DNA of 45,565 nucleotides from Candidatus Omnitrophota bacterium (GTDB lineage Bacteria; Omnitrophota; Omnitrophia; Omnitrophales; Aquincolibacteriaceae): NCBI GenBank assembly GCA_043803685.1, contig JAZDJU010000057.1, positions 1 to 45,565 of the forward strand, read 5' to 3'. Shown piece by piece: positions 32,001 to 44,000 of this stretch (position 1 is its first letter; each line of letters starts with the position of its first letter). The notes under the pieces were generated by a model. It saw only the letters and a program-made list of their open reading frames with translations, ran no database searches and was not told where the DNA came from. The position numbers and the translations under genes were made by a program.

Positions 32001-35000
32001 AAGAAATATCCGAAAAAATGATGAGAATTTTAAATTCTCATAAAAGACAATCCAGCCTTCCTTGGGTCTTTTTTTCTGTTTTTGGACTCGGTCTGTTGTA
32101 TCTCACACATGGATTAAAAATCACGGCGGCAGTGTTTCTTCCTATGGTCTTTTCTATTTATTTTCATGAAATAGGTCATTGGTTCCCGGATAAAATAGCC
32201 CAATACAAAAGTAGCCTCCGCGGCACCCCCATGTTTAAGAGCATGGAACTCGGGTTTTCTTATTACCTGTCATTGCCCCAGCATGAATTCAGCGTTTCTA
32301 TCAAACAGCATTTGGCTTCTTTGCGAGGGGGGGGCGTCGCGAATCTTGCCCTTTCTCTCGTTTCACTTCTATTGCTGACGGGGGCCATCCACAGCTTTGT
32401 AATTTCGCTGTCTCCTGTGGTCATAGCCAATTATCCAGCGTTTTTCCTCATCCTCGCTCTGGGGGGGTCTGCCGTCTGGAGTTTTTTGGGCGTCTTTAAT
32501 CTCTTTAAATTCGCGCCTGATGGGAAGGCCATTGCCGAGTATAAGAATATTATCGAGATCTTAAATACCGCTCGCCAGCACCATTCTTTTATTCCGGAGC
32601 AGGTCCTCGAAATAAAGATCAATCTGCAAAAAGTGTTTTATAAAAAGCGCTTTGCGATCAAAACGCCCGATGGAATTTTCCTGTTCATGGAGTCTGGGAG
32701 GAGGCGACCGAAGGGCTTGGGGACGAGGCGACCGAAGGACTCGGGGGACTTTTTGTACCTTGCTTCCTCAGCCAATTTCTTGCCGCTCAAGTTGAGAGGT
32801 AAACTTGTGAGGACGATGCGAGGCAGTGGGCATTTTAAATTCAAAAATAAATATTACTCCGTATACAAGATCGTCAATTTCCCCGCGGCGTTAACCGGCA
32901 GCGATACGTCCGCTGAACAGCATCCGGCGGGAAGCGTTAAGTCCCGCTCCGAGATGCGGGAGCAAAAGCGGGATTATTATGAAGCGTTGGGTGTCTCCAA
33001 GGCCGCTTCGGCGTCTGAGATTAAAATGGCGTACCGGGAGCTGGCGATGAAATATCATCCCGACCGGAATCCTGATAATCCAGACGCTGCAGCGAAATTC
33101 AAAGAAGTGGCTGAGGCGTACGAAGTGCTGAGTGACGTTGAAAAACGGGCTACCTATGATCGATACGGGCATAACGCGTCTATGCAAAGCATGGTCGAGC
33201 AAACCAAGGCGCCAGCCTACGGGATGGACTTTGTAAAGGGGCTGTTCGCTGAGCATGAACGAAGAGAGAAGGAAGTCGCCGAAAGAACTGCCGAAGAAAA
33301 AGTCTCAGGAGGTCGTTCGGAGGGGGACGTCCAGTCCCGCTCGGAAGTGCGGCAGGATGTGTCGAACGTATCCTCACAGAAAAGAAGGATCAATCTGAGC
33401 CGGTTGCCGGCGCCGGAGGGTTACAACCGGACGCCTGTGCCGGATGACAAACTCGATCGGGCTGTTCCTTATCCGGAATATAGACCCAATTTCTTTACAT
33501 CGTCGGAAGTTCTGAAACATGCCTATAGCGAAAAGAATCCAACGGATTGGGCGGATCCTCAGGATTTCCAAAAGATCCTGTCGGATATTCAAGCGGGTAA
33601 GCGGACGCCTTTTTATAGCTATGAAGGTGAGATCTTCAGGGATCCTGAGACAGGACTTCCGCTGAACCGGGAACGCACCGGTACATTGGGTCGCGGGATC
33701 GGTCAGTATGGCGTGAATCTTGCCGTGGACATGATCCTGACTTATACGGATCCGGACAGCGGTCAGGTGATGATGCTTGTCGGGAAGCGCGCGGATAGCG
33801 GGAAGTGGACTTCCGCCGGAGGTTTCGTGGATCGGATCGTCAAGGACGGGCGGGTGGTCCTGGAATATCTGCTTGGGAGTCCTGAGACTTACCGGAATAT
33901 GGACGCGGGAAAACCTCGGGATGGGACTGGCCTCGCGGAGCTCGTTGAAGAAATGGGAGTTCGGTTGACTCCGGAGGAGATCTCTTCCGCGGTGATCCTG
34001 GAACAGCGGAAGGTTTGGGACCATCGGGATACGGATAACGCCGAAAGCCAGACCACGGCATTCCACATTCATCTTTCTCCGGAACGCGCCAAAGCCGTCA
34101 ACGCTCGTGTGGTCAACCCTGATGAGCTCACCGAAGTGAAATGGGCTTCCGTCGGGGCGATTGATCCAAGGACGATGCACGCGACCTATGGGAATTTTTT
34201 GCCGGATATTGAAAGAAGCGCGCGCCGGGACCTCGCGACCCGGATCCGCGAAGCGAAGGAGCGACAAAAGCCGCTCTACATCACCGACTTCGGCGACGGC
34301 ACCGGCCCCGCCGTAGTCAGCACCGTTGATGTGGACACCCTTGTCGGTCCGCCCGAAACCATCTTACAGCGCTCGGAGATACGCGCGGTTGAGGAGAGAC
34401 GAAGCGAACTCCGGATACGCTCCCCCCATTATGTTGCGAAGGGCGGGATCAGGACGTTCGGCAAGGCGCTCCTCGTCGGAGTCATGGCCTTCACGATGTC
34501 ATTGCTCGGGGATCCGGCGGTTGGCGGGGATAAACTCGACTCTGCTTTTCGTGAGCAAGGAGCGATCCAATATAAAATCGAGAAACATGGTTCACCCCCG
34601 TATGCTCCTTGGAATGAAAAGGACAGCCTGGACCACGTAGCGCCCCTTCTGGATCTTATGCAGGAGTTCCAGACAACCCGGATCCAGACCAAGGACATCG
34701 CGACGCTATCAGGTCTTCACCGGGCTTTTTTTTCGAAGCTGCAGGAAGCCTTAAAAGCCAGGGGAGGACTTTCGCTGGCGGTCCGGCCCATTCCTTTGAA
34801 GGTCGAAGACCCGGATTATCTCAAGCTTTTCCATGAGCTGGTCCTGGGTGATCTCACGAATTATTTTGCCAGGCACGGCTTGGTGGCGCCATTCCAAAAC
34901 TTGGAGATCCAGGAAATAGAAACGGTGTTGACGAAGAACGGCCAAACGACCCGGACCTCCTATTTTTTGCCGGTCTATCCATCGCCGGAGCAATATTACC

Positions 35001-38000
35001 TTGTTCTTGAAAAAGATCCCTCTTCCGTTCTGACTCATATTCCGGGAGCAGCCGAGTTGCCTTGTTCCGTGGTGATGGTCCAACCTGCGGAGATCCCGGT
35101 CGTGGGCGGGAGTGTGACTGTGAAGCCGTATCGAGAGGCTTTCGGGTCACAGGGCGAGGGCGGGTTTTCGGATGGGGTAACGGCTTTTATCCGCGCCGAT
35201 CTTTCCGAGGATATGGTCCGGAAATCTCTCCGAAATCTTCAAAAAATACCGGCCGAAAATTTAAACCGCTTGTTCGACCCCTCGGTCCGTTTCAAAACAA
35301 TGCTTGAGGGGGTGAGATCTCCTCATCCCTCGAATCCCGACATCGTTAAAGTCATGGCTTTTCCTGCCTTTGACCTGACTTCGGCAGCGGGATTCACGGG
35401 TTTGCGTCTTTTGGGACAAATGGCAGCTCAGAAGGGGCGATTCGATGGCGAGCTGTATCTCAAAAAGACGCAAGCAAGCATTGCGTCCCATGAGGAGGGG
35501 CATGTGCGCATGGCTCAAGGGAACCGTGCGGAGAGAATCGTCTCCGCCATTGTGTCTCGACAAATGAACGCGAAGGAGATGGACGTTGCTCCCAAAGACT
35601 TCGAAGAGGCTCAAACGCTTTCGGAGCTTTACGCGCGTCTCGAGAATTTCAAGCGAACACCCCTTTCCTATCTTGAATCATTAATGGGATCGGTTGGGCG
35701 CTTGAAGGTTCTGTCGGAAACAGATTCTGCATACTGGAATGCTGAAACGCAAATCTATCAGGCGATCCTGACGGAGTTGGGAGCAAATGCCGCGGCGTAT
35801 GGACTTAAACTCGATCCTCCGGGCGCCGAGATTCTTGTGGCCGGCGGGACCTCCGGTGAAAAGAAAATGAAAATGCCTTCAAAGGAAGTTCAGATCGTCG
35901 GCCAACTTGCGGAAATCGTGGAAAATCAAGGCCGGTTGGCCAGACTCTATCAAGGGGTTCTCGTCAAAATAAATCTGAAGGCGCGCATCCAGGCGCTGGG
36001 CAACCGTTACCCCCTTTGGGATCCTCAATCTGAAACTTCTTCGGCAGGATCGACCCAACGCCGTCCGGAGGGAGACGTTCAGTCCCGTTCTGAGGTGCGG
36101 CGTGGGCTCCCCATGGAGGAGGTTGGCCCGTCGTGGAAAGAACAGACCATCCATTTAGGGCACTCGCTCAATATCGCGCTCGCCTCTCTGTGGACGGTTC
36201 TCCATGCCACTGCGATCCTTCAAAGCTTTTCCGGGTTTTTGGAGCATCCGCTGGTTTCTTTAGGCTGGATTACGATCGGACTGATCCTCGTCGAGTTGAT
36301 CCAGCGAGGGATCTCTTTCAAAAACAGTGTTTCAACGTCATCGGCAGAGGATGAAACGAATGGATTTTTTTATGAGGAGTTTATAGCGTCAAATAGAATG
36401 CCAATGGATGTTTGGGGATTTCTATTGTCGAAAGCGTTTTTTGAGGAGATCTGCTTCCGGTGGTTCTTTTTCTTCGTTCTTCAGGACGCAGGAATGGCGG
36501 AATGGAATTGGGTCGTTCTTTTCTTCATTTCCGGCTGGTTTTCGGCCGCTCATCTCAATATTTCATTGAAAGACGCCGTGGTTCGGTGGTTGTTGGGGAT
36601 GGTTTTAGGGGGCCTGTATCTTTTTTCGGGGAGCATTTTTCCCCCAGCGCTGGTCCATTTTCTATCCAATCTTTTCACTTATTACGAATTGAAAAAACAT
36701 GACGAGCGCGAGGCCGCGGGCAGGACATCGGGCACCCTCCACGAGGCACCCTCCGCTGTCCCCGACGAATTTGCGCGCTCCGAGATGAGGGAATTGGGGT
36801 TGGAAGATTTTATCCGTTCCATGAAAGACAAGCCTGGATTCACCTACCACAAGGAATCCATGGAGCCGGGGAAGTGGTTCGAGGTGGTAACGAGGGATAT
36901 CGGCGGTGGACAAGTTTTGGAGTTGAGCCGGTTTGTTAATGATAAAACGCCGGGCATAGCCAAAGGTACTTTTATTTTGTGTGTTTATGGCGCGGAAAAA
37001 AAGGAAGCTTCTTTTTATTTAATGCAGAGTCGTTATGACGACGGCGCCTACTTTTTTCCCGCTGGAAATATGTTTAGTGACCCGGATGAGGATGAAGCGT
37101 ATGCCCATCGTATTTCGGAGGACCCTGAAGCCATTACGGGGTTTATGTTCGAGGAACCCTTGAAGCTGACGGTTTTTGCGAGAGAGGATGCTTTGTTCGC
37201 GATCGCTGAGAAATATCACATACTTGAATTTGTTTACCCTACCCCTGATGGCCACCAGATCACGATCCGGTTTGCCCCTTCGCCTCGATCGGATCTGCCT
37301 TCGGCGCGAAGCGAAGGACGGATCCGTCCCGATTCAATGAATCGGGCGGAGATGTCCTTGTCGCCCGATGCGTCAAGGACTTCCCGGGACTCGCTTGATG
37401 GTCGCTCCGAGATGCGGGAAGAGAAGCTGGATGGAGGAAGGCGGAGGGTGGAAGGCGAGGCAAAACAGGAAAACGCGATGGCCGCGGTGGAAGAGCTTTT
37501 GGTGAAGCAATACAAGTTCCAGCCGTATGCGGAACATCGTTTGCTTGTGACACATCCGGTTTATGGGAAGGTGATGGACGCATTTTTGGTGACCCAGGGG
37601 GTGTATTTTGACGGGACGGTCGAAGGTCACGCAAAATTCCCGTTCGAGTCCCAAGAGGTGGGGCGAGGTGACACCGAGATCAGTATGTTCTGGGGGCCGG
37701 AGGGACTCTTCATTCGTTTGGGAGACTATGCGATCGCGGACCAGTCTCTCAAGGAGATCATTCCGCAGTCCCTGCACGACCGCGTTGTGTTTTTGACGAA
37801 TATCGACCATCAGTTTCAGGAGATCTGGTCGGGTCTTGATTACGCCATCCCTTACTTAGCGCAGATCTATAAAGCCCGCGAAGTTTTCCAAAAAGAAAAT
37901 GTTCTGGAATTCGGGATCGGGCGCGGCATCGCGGCGCTTCTGGCGATCAAACTGGGAGCGAAGCGGGTGGTGGGTATTGAAATAGATCCAGCCGTGCGCG

Positions 38001-41000
38001 AAGAGCTTCAAGAAGAAATGGCGCTCAACGGCATCACGGACCAGCAGATTGTTTTTGTGGAGGGAGGTTTCGCCGACAAGGGGATGCTGGATTTGCTGAA
38101 GGCCTACGGACCTTTCAAAATAGGGATGGGGAATATCGGTCCTCATTTTGATTATGACAAAGACGCCACGGAAGATCATGGCCGAGCGAAGGGATTGGGC
38201 CAGGACGGCAGTAATCTGGAAGCCCTGAAGCTGTTCTATCAATTACAAAAGAGCGGCTCTCTCACGAATGGATTCCATTACGTCGGAAGCGGATTTTCGG
38301 AGGAGTTTTTGCAGGGCCAGAATGTGGGCCACTACGCTCCCGGTGGGGAGATCGAATTCTTAAAAAATCATTTCGCGATCAAGGATGCCCACACCACGAT
38401 TTTCCGAAAATCTTTGAACCGGATGGATCACCTGTTCTTTTTTCATAGTTATCACATGGCGCTCAGCCCCCGCGTGGGCCCGCTCGGACAAGATCCCTAC
38501 GGAGGGTATTATGGAAATCTTCGATTTGAAGATTTCCCGCAAGCCCGTTCGAAGACGCGAGAGGGTGAGAAAGAGACAAACCTCGTGACGAACCCGTGGG
38601 ATTGGGACCAGGTGACGTTTGATCAAGTGGATCCGGGCTTTGACGAATGGGTGAGGTCTGGGAATATTTCTTTGAAAGATTTGCAACTCTTGAAGCTGAT
38701 CTTGTTGGGGGATCAAAATGTGCTGGACGCCCTTCGGGAGAAACTTTCTTCAAAGATAGATATGAAATTCCAGGATAAAGCGGCGCCGCTCACTAACGGT
38801 AGAACCATATATTTAAAACTGTATAAACCTTTTCCCACGCCCCATGGAGATATCACGATCCTGCGAATTAAAGGCGCACGGCCGCGCTCCAATGGTGATC
38901 CGGTTACCGTCCAGTCGCACAGGGGAATTGGACAGGTAAAGAAACCTATCGAAGTGGACAAGGATGGGAATCCCTATGTTGCCTCGCTTCGCTTATTGCC
39001 CGAAACGGGCGAGATCGATCCAATTGATTTGGCCCCCCAAGGAGGAATGGGGGAAGAAAATGCTGATATGGAATATCGCCTTATGCAGGCCGGGATCTCC
39101 GGGCATGGCTTTGAAACGGATCATCCGATCGCGGCCGGAACTTGGAAGGGCAGAACGCACGCGGGCCGGCCCATACGATTTGCCATTGCTGGGTTGCGCC
39201 AGGAAGACGTGAGACTCACCATCGATGTCTCGAAAGCGACGGATCCCAAGGAGCTGCTTATTAACGAGGCGACTGGGAAGGTGTTGAAAACGGACCTTGA
39301 AATGAGCAAGGAGACCTACAGACAGATGGGAAGGTCCTTGCGCGCCTATCATGATGACGGACATTTTCACAGATTTCCCTATAAAGCGAATTGGGGTGTT
39401 GAGATGGGGCCGGATCACAGCGTGAGGGTCATTATGAGGGATCTGGATACGACCGTGGAACGAGCTGACATTAAAGAGGGAGATCCAAAGCGCATGGAGG
39501 CAACGTACCGGTTGCTGGATGTCCAGCGGGTCATCGCGGACCTGAGCTTGTTGGGATCTATCTACTTACACGAATTCGGCGAGGACCCTGAATTCATGGA
39601 GGTCGTGAGGCCCCTTATTGAGAGCTTTCTGGCGGGATATTTTTACGATCTCTCGCCTGATTCCGAAGAATTTTTACAACTAACGCACGATGCAGCGTCC
39701 AAAGAATTTGCAAGCATGAGAGTTGAGAGCAAAGCGAAGGGGAAAATCACCCTGGCTGAAGACGCGCCTTTTTATGGGAATGTTTGGAAGCATTTGTACA
39801 ACCTTGCTCCAGAACCCAGTGCGTCGCAGAAGCCTCAAGATCGGAATCTCTCTCGCTCAGAAGTGCGAGGCCCGGAGGAAGATCCAAAACGGGAAGCCAG
39901 AGACGAGAAAATTCTTGGGCAGATGGGGCCCTGGCTGGACCTTCTCGAAAAATATTACGGTCCTTACGGTTTTAAAAAAGAGGATTATGTCCGCCTAGGG
40001 TGGTCTTCAGCGCTTCTTCATAGGATTCCTCTGGAGAGATTTGAGGCCAATCTGAAGATGCTGGTTGAGGATCCCGTACTTGCTGATTTTCTGCCGCCCG
40101 CCGTGATGCTCGACCTTCTGAATAATCGGAGCGTTGATTCTCATTCGATCGATATCACCTTGCATGGCATAGCTTACGGCATACTCGATCTGGAGAAGTC
40201 AAAACTTGAAGCTTATCGAGATGCGCTTAATTACCTTCGAGATGAAACATTTATTGGGTCCGATGCGCTTCGGGAGGCTCTCCGAGTGGATCCAAGGCTT
40301 ATTGAGGCCCTGGAATATTCTTCCAGAGAGTCTGGATTTTTCTATCTTAAAGAGAATTTGCGTCGCATGGGAAGGGAGCCGCTGATCGCTTATTTGCGTC
40401 AGCATCCAGATCATGTAAGAGAGATCTTGTTGCGTTATACAAGAGAATATCGGCTGCAACTGGAATTGGAGCGCATTCAAAAGTTTGAAGAAGGCATGGG
40501 AACGGTCGCATTCAGAGCTTTGTGGGCGGTCAATCCGTTCCAATTACTGGTTATTATGGAAACTATCGACCGTTTCATCTCGGAGCGGTGGTTTTTCCGG
40601 TTTTATAAGGGGTCGTCAGGGTGGCTTCGGGATCTTCTCGACTACTATCTGACGGAGTTTACGGACGAGACAGGTTTTTTGGCCCCCATTGTTTCCTCTT
40701 CCGACAGCATAAAAACGGTGCTCGGGCGCGGTCTTTTGCGTATTTACAAGTCAGGTTTCAGAAAAGCTGTTCTCTATGCGTTCGCGCCGCTCTGGACAGG
40801 ATCGGACCTTGGCAGGGGGGCAGATGCACGCATCCGGTCATGGTTCCTGGCGCGTAGTCTTCTTTCCGGAGATGAAGGGCTGATCCGGAAAGTGATGAAG
40901 CCTGCCGGAGCGCTTGCCGCGAAGTGGCTTGATCTGGAGACATTTGCCGATCGCGATCAAAGCCTCAAGAAGGATTTTGAGAAAGACCGACTCCAGGAAG

Positions 41001-44000
41001 AGCGGGGCCTTTTGACGGCGCTGTTCACGTCTAATGTGTATCTCATCATAGCCGCGAACATCGATTGGAAAATGAAAGCAGCTGGCTTTTCCCGGGGCCT
41101 TTTCAAGTCTCTTGTTTCTGCGCGAAGTGAATCCTTTAGCGAGGGTGATTCCTCCCTGCAATTCAGCGCGGAGATACTGGCCAAGCTTTCACCTGCGCAG
41201 GCCGAGTCGATCGTCGCGCACGAATGGGGACACAACATTCTGAATGATTGCAAATATCTGGAGGCGCTTCCAGAAAGAGATAGATCCACCTACGGCGAAT
41301 TCATTTCGGACCTCTTTGGTTTGACGCACGCCCAGCTCCGTTTTGGCGACGCGGGTGTCCGGGATTATTTTCATATGGATAGCCATCCTTCGTTTGCTAA
41401 CGGTTTTTTCAAGAACCTCCCGGAAGATTCGAAGGAGCATCATGATCGCGCCCGCCTCGAGATACTCGCGTTTGTCAAAACGCTTGGCGGTAAATTGGAT
41501 TGGCACGAAGTGCTCCGCAAGACGAAACGTGAGCTTGAGCGTATGCAGGATCCGGCTTTTCCGGAAACGGAACGAGAGTTCGACCGTTTTGTTAAAAGAC
41601 TCACGGAACATTTTTCAAGCCGCTCGGAGATGCGGAGCCAGAAAGCGGATGGCGAAAAAACTGTTTCTGCTCAAGATGGTGCGGCCGAGAATTTTCCCGA
41701 GTTTTTGCGGGTGATCTTGAGTAAAAGAAGGCAGCTCAGAAAAGAAGGTGTGACGGGTGAGGCCGCGACGGAGCAGTTGCTTCAAAAAGGATATAGCGGA
41801 GAAGCGATTGCGCAGGCGTTCGATGCCCTGAAGGGGACACTAGAGCTGAAACGCGCCGGCGAGCCACTTTTTTCAGAGGAGCAGGCAGAAGCGCTTTGGG
41901 CGATGAGAAAGGCGAATTCGAGGTATGGGCTTTTAACCCAGATGATGGATCTTCAGCAGAACGGGCAATATGTGTTCACCGCCCCCCAGATCTTTCGCGT
42001 TGTCACCGAATATGTGTTGGGCACGGAGGCGACCGTCCTGGATCAGATCCATTGGCTTTTGGACGTTAAGAGAGAACCATTCTTCAGCAGTTCTTACATC
42101 GCTCAGATGGTTTCCTTCGGCAAACCGAGCCCGGCCGAGAGATCCTGGATCAAGGAGCTGATGGCGATCAAAGATGCTGAAGGAAAGCCGTTCTTTGAGG
42201 CTTCTCAGATCGTCGAGATCCTTATCAACAGTGAATCCATCGAGGCCAAGACGATCTTCATAACCGAACTCATGGCAATGAAAGACCCCCAGGGGAAACC
42301 CTTGTTCAAGGGTACCCAGATCAGCCGGATCGTTTTGTCGAGCAGGTCTATTGAAGAGAAAAAGGCGTTGATCAAGATCTTGAACGCGCCGGTGGATCAC
42401 GATCCAAAGTCATCCCTTGCGGGTTCCCAGATCACGCGATTTATCCAGAAGTCCAAGGCGTTCGAAGTCAAAGACATTGAAGAGGCTTTTAAAATTTCGA
42501 AAAAAGCCAGAATTTTTTTGGATCCCTTCTCCCTTATGTTTATTTGGGACGGCAAGGGGATGCTCAAGAGATGGCTGACCCAGGAGTTTTCGGCGCTGCC
42601 TGAGGAAGAGAAACGATGGATCTACTCTATCACGCGAGAAACTCGATTACGCCCGGAAGACCTGCGTGCATTGATCGAAGTGCTGTTTAAAGGAGACGAA
42701 AAGTCAGAGATCACTGCGGCGCTCGAGGCGAAGCAGCGGCTCTCGAAAACTCTTGCCCATTCGATCCGGGGCCGTGTTTTGACAAAGGATGATAGCGAGA
42801 CCGTCAGGGTTTTATTGGCAGATCCTGATCCGGAGGTCCGGGAGGCGGCGTTCCAGGCGATCCTGGCATATTTGTCCCAAGCGCTCCGGAAATACCCCGA
42901 CTGGGTGGAAAAAAACATTTCTTCCCGCGAGGATGCCTGGAAAGCGGCGGATATAAGGATACGCCGATATGATTGGGCCCGATCCAGCGCGGGCTTGGAA
43001 AACTTGTTCCGGAATCTGATCATTGTGGTAAACCGTTCCGAGACCTATCTGGAGGAGAAGAAAGGGACTGTTTCGGGGGATCTTTTAGAAGGGAGTGCCT
43101 TGCGCGATGTTTTCATGGATGCCGAAGGTAAGCGCGTTGCGCCCATCCAGGAGGAACTCAGGCGAGAAGAGGACGGTCAGCTCCCGGCAGAGATCCGGGA
43201 TCATCCCGGGCTCATTGCCTTGAACCACGAAGAAAACCTCATGCCGAAACTTCGCATGGTCAGAGAGTTGGGAGTCCCTCCTGGAGGGGAGCTCGCAGCG
43301 ATGCTCAGTATCGCGAGTAAGAACGTTAAAGTCCTTCAGAAGATCATGGAGGTTGTCCGAAGACAGGGTGTTCCGTTAACGCAACTTAAGCAGCTTATTG
43401 AGATCTATTTGAAATTGAACAAGGCAGTCTGGGCGAAGTTCCAAAAAAATGTTGGGTGGTGGGTTCGCGATGATCCGGAGGCGTTGCAGCGGAAAGTGGT
43501 CCCCATTCTGAAAAAAGTTGTTTCGAGGTTTCATGCCAAGTCCGAGGCGCAAGGGATCTTGGAGGAGAAGCTCGAGCCGTTGTTGGTGGAGCTTGGGATC
43601 AGCCGTGAAGCGTTCCTGAAAGCGGCCGAGACACATCCTTGGCTTCTCCGGCATGGTCCCGAAGAGGATCTCCTGCCCAAGGCCAGGATCCTGAAGCGCC
43701 TGGGGATCCCAGACGAGGATCTATTCAAGGCGCTTCTGGCGGTCGCAAAACAGATGAATCTTTCGATCCTTGAAGAGATCGCCCGTACGGCTGAAAAAGA
43801 AGGGCGTTCTGTTAAACAGCCCGATACCCTTCTCAGACTTTATGGAAGGTTGCATCAGGGAGCCGGGGAGCCGGTCGGAGCTTTAGTGAGAAGAAATCCT
43901 AAAGCATTACAAAAGACGGTTATTCCCCTTCTGAAGACGCTTGTCCCTGAAATTATGCCTCTTCCCGGTGAAAACCTTGAGCCCCTCTTGAAGGAGCTTG

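Larger units (their letters stand above)
21881..41635 (+). repeat. Dispersed R-[SA]-E-x-R peptide linker motif, 21 copies
   Basis: Starts at 21881, 22037, 22616, 24956, 25022, 25139, 25922, 27173, 29687, 30713, 31889, 32945, 33338, 34370, 34400, 36086, 36776, 37307, 37403, 39854 and 41621. Confidence 0.9.

Noticed and set aside
32701..32748. 24-nt direct duplication ([16 protein letters not shown])
   Set aside because: A two-copy local slippage with no evident function.
22037..41635. RSEMR/RSEVR as internal translation starts (GAG-ATG/GTG)
   Set aside because: 13 of 21 copies have ATG or GTG, but any GGAG abuts the codon with no spacing, and the other copies use GTT, GTC, ATA, CTC, GCG or GGA. 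A peptide-level signal fits better, though ribosome profiling would be needed to exclude this.
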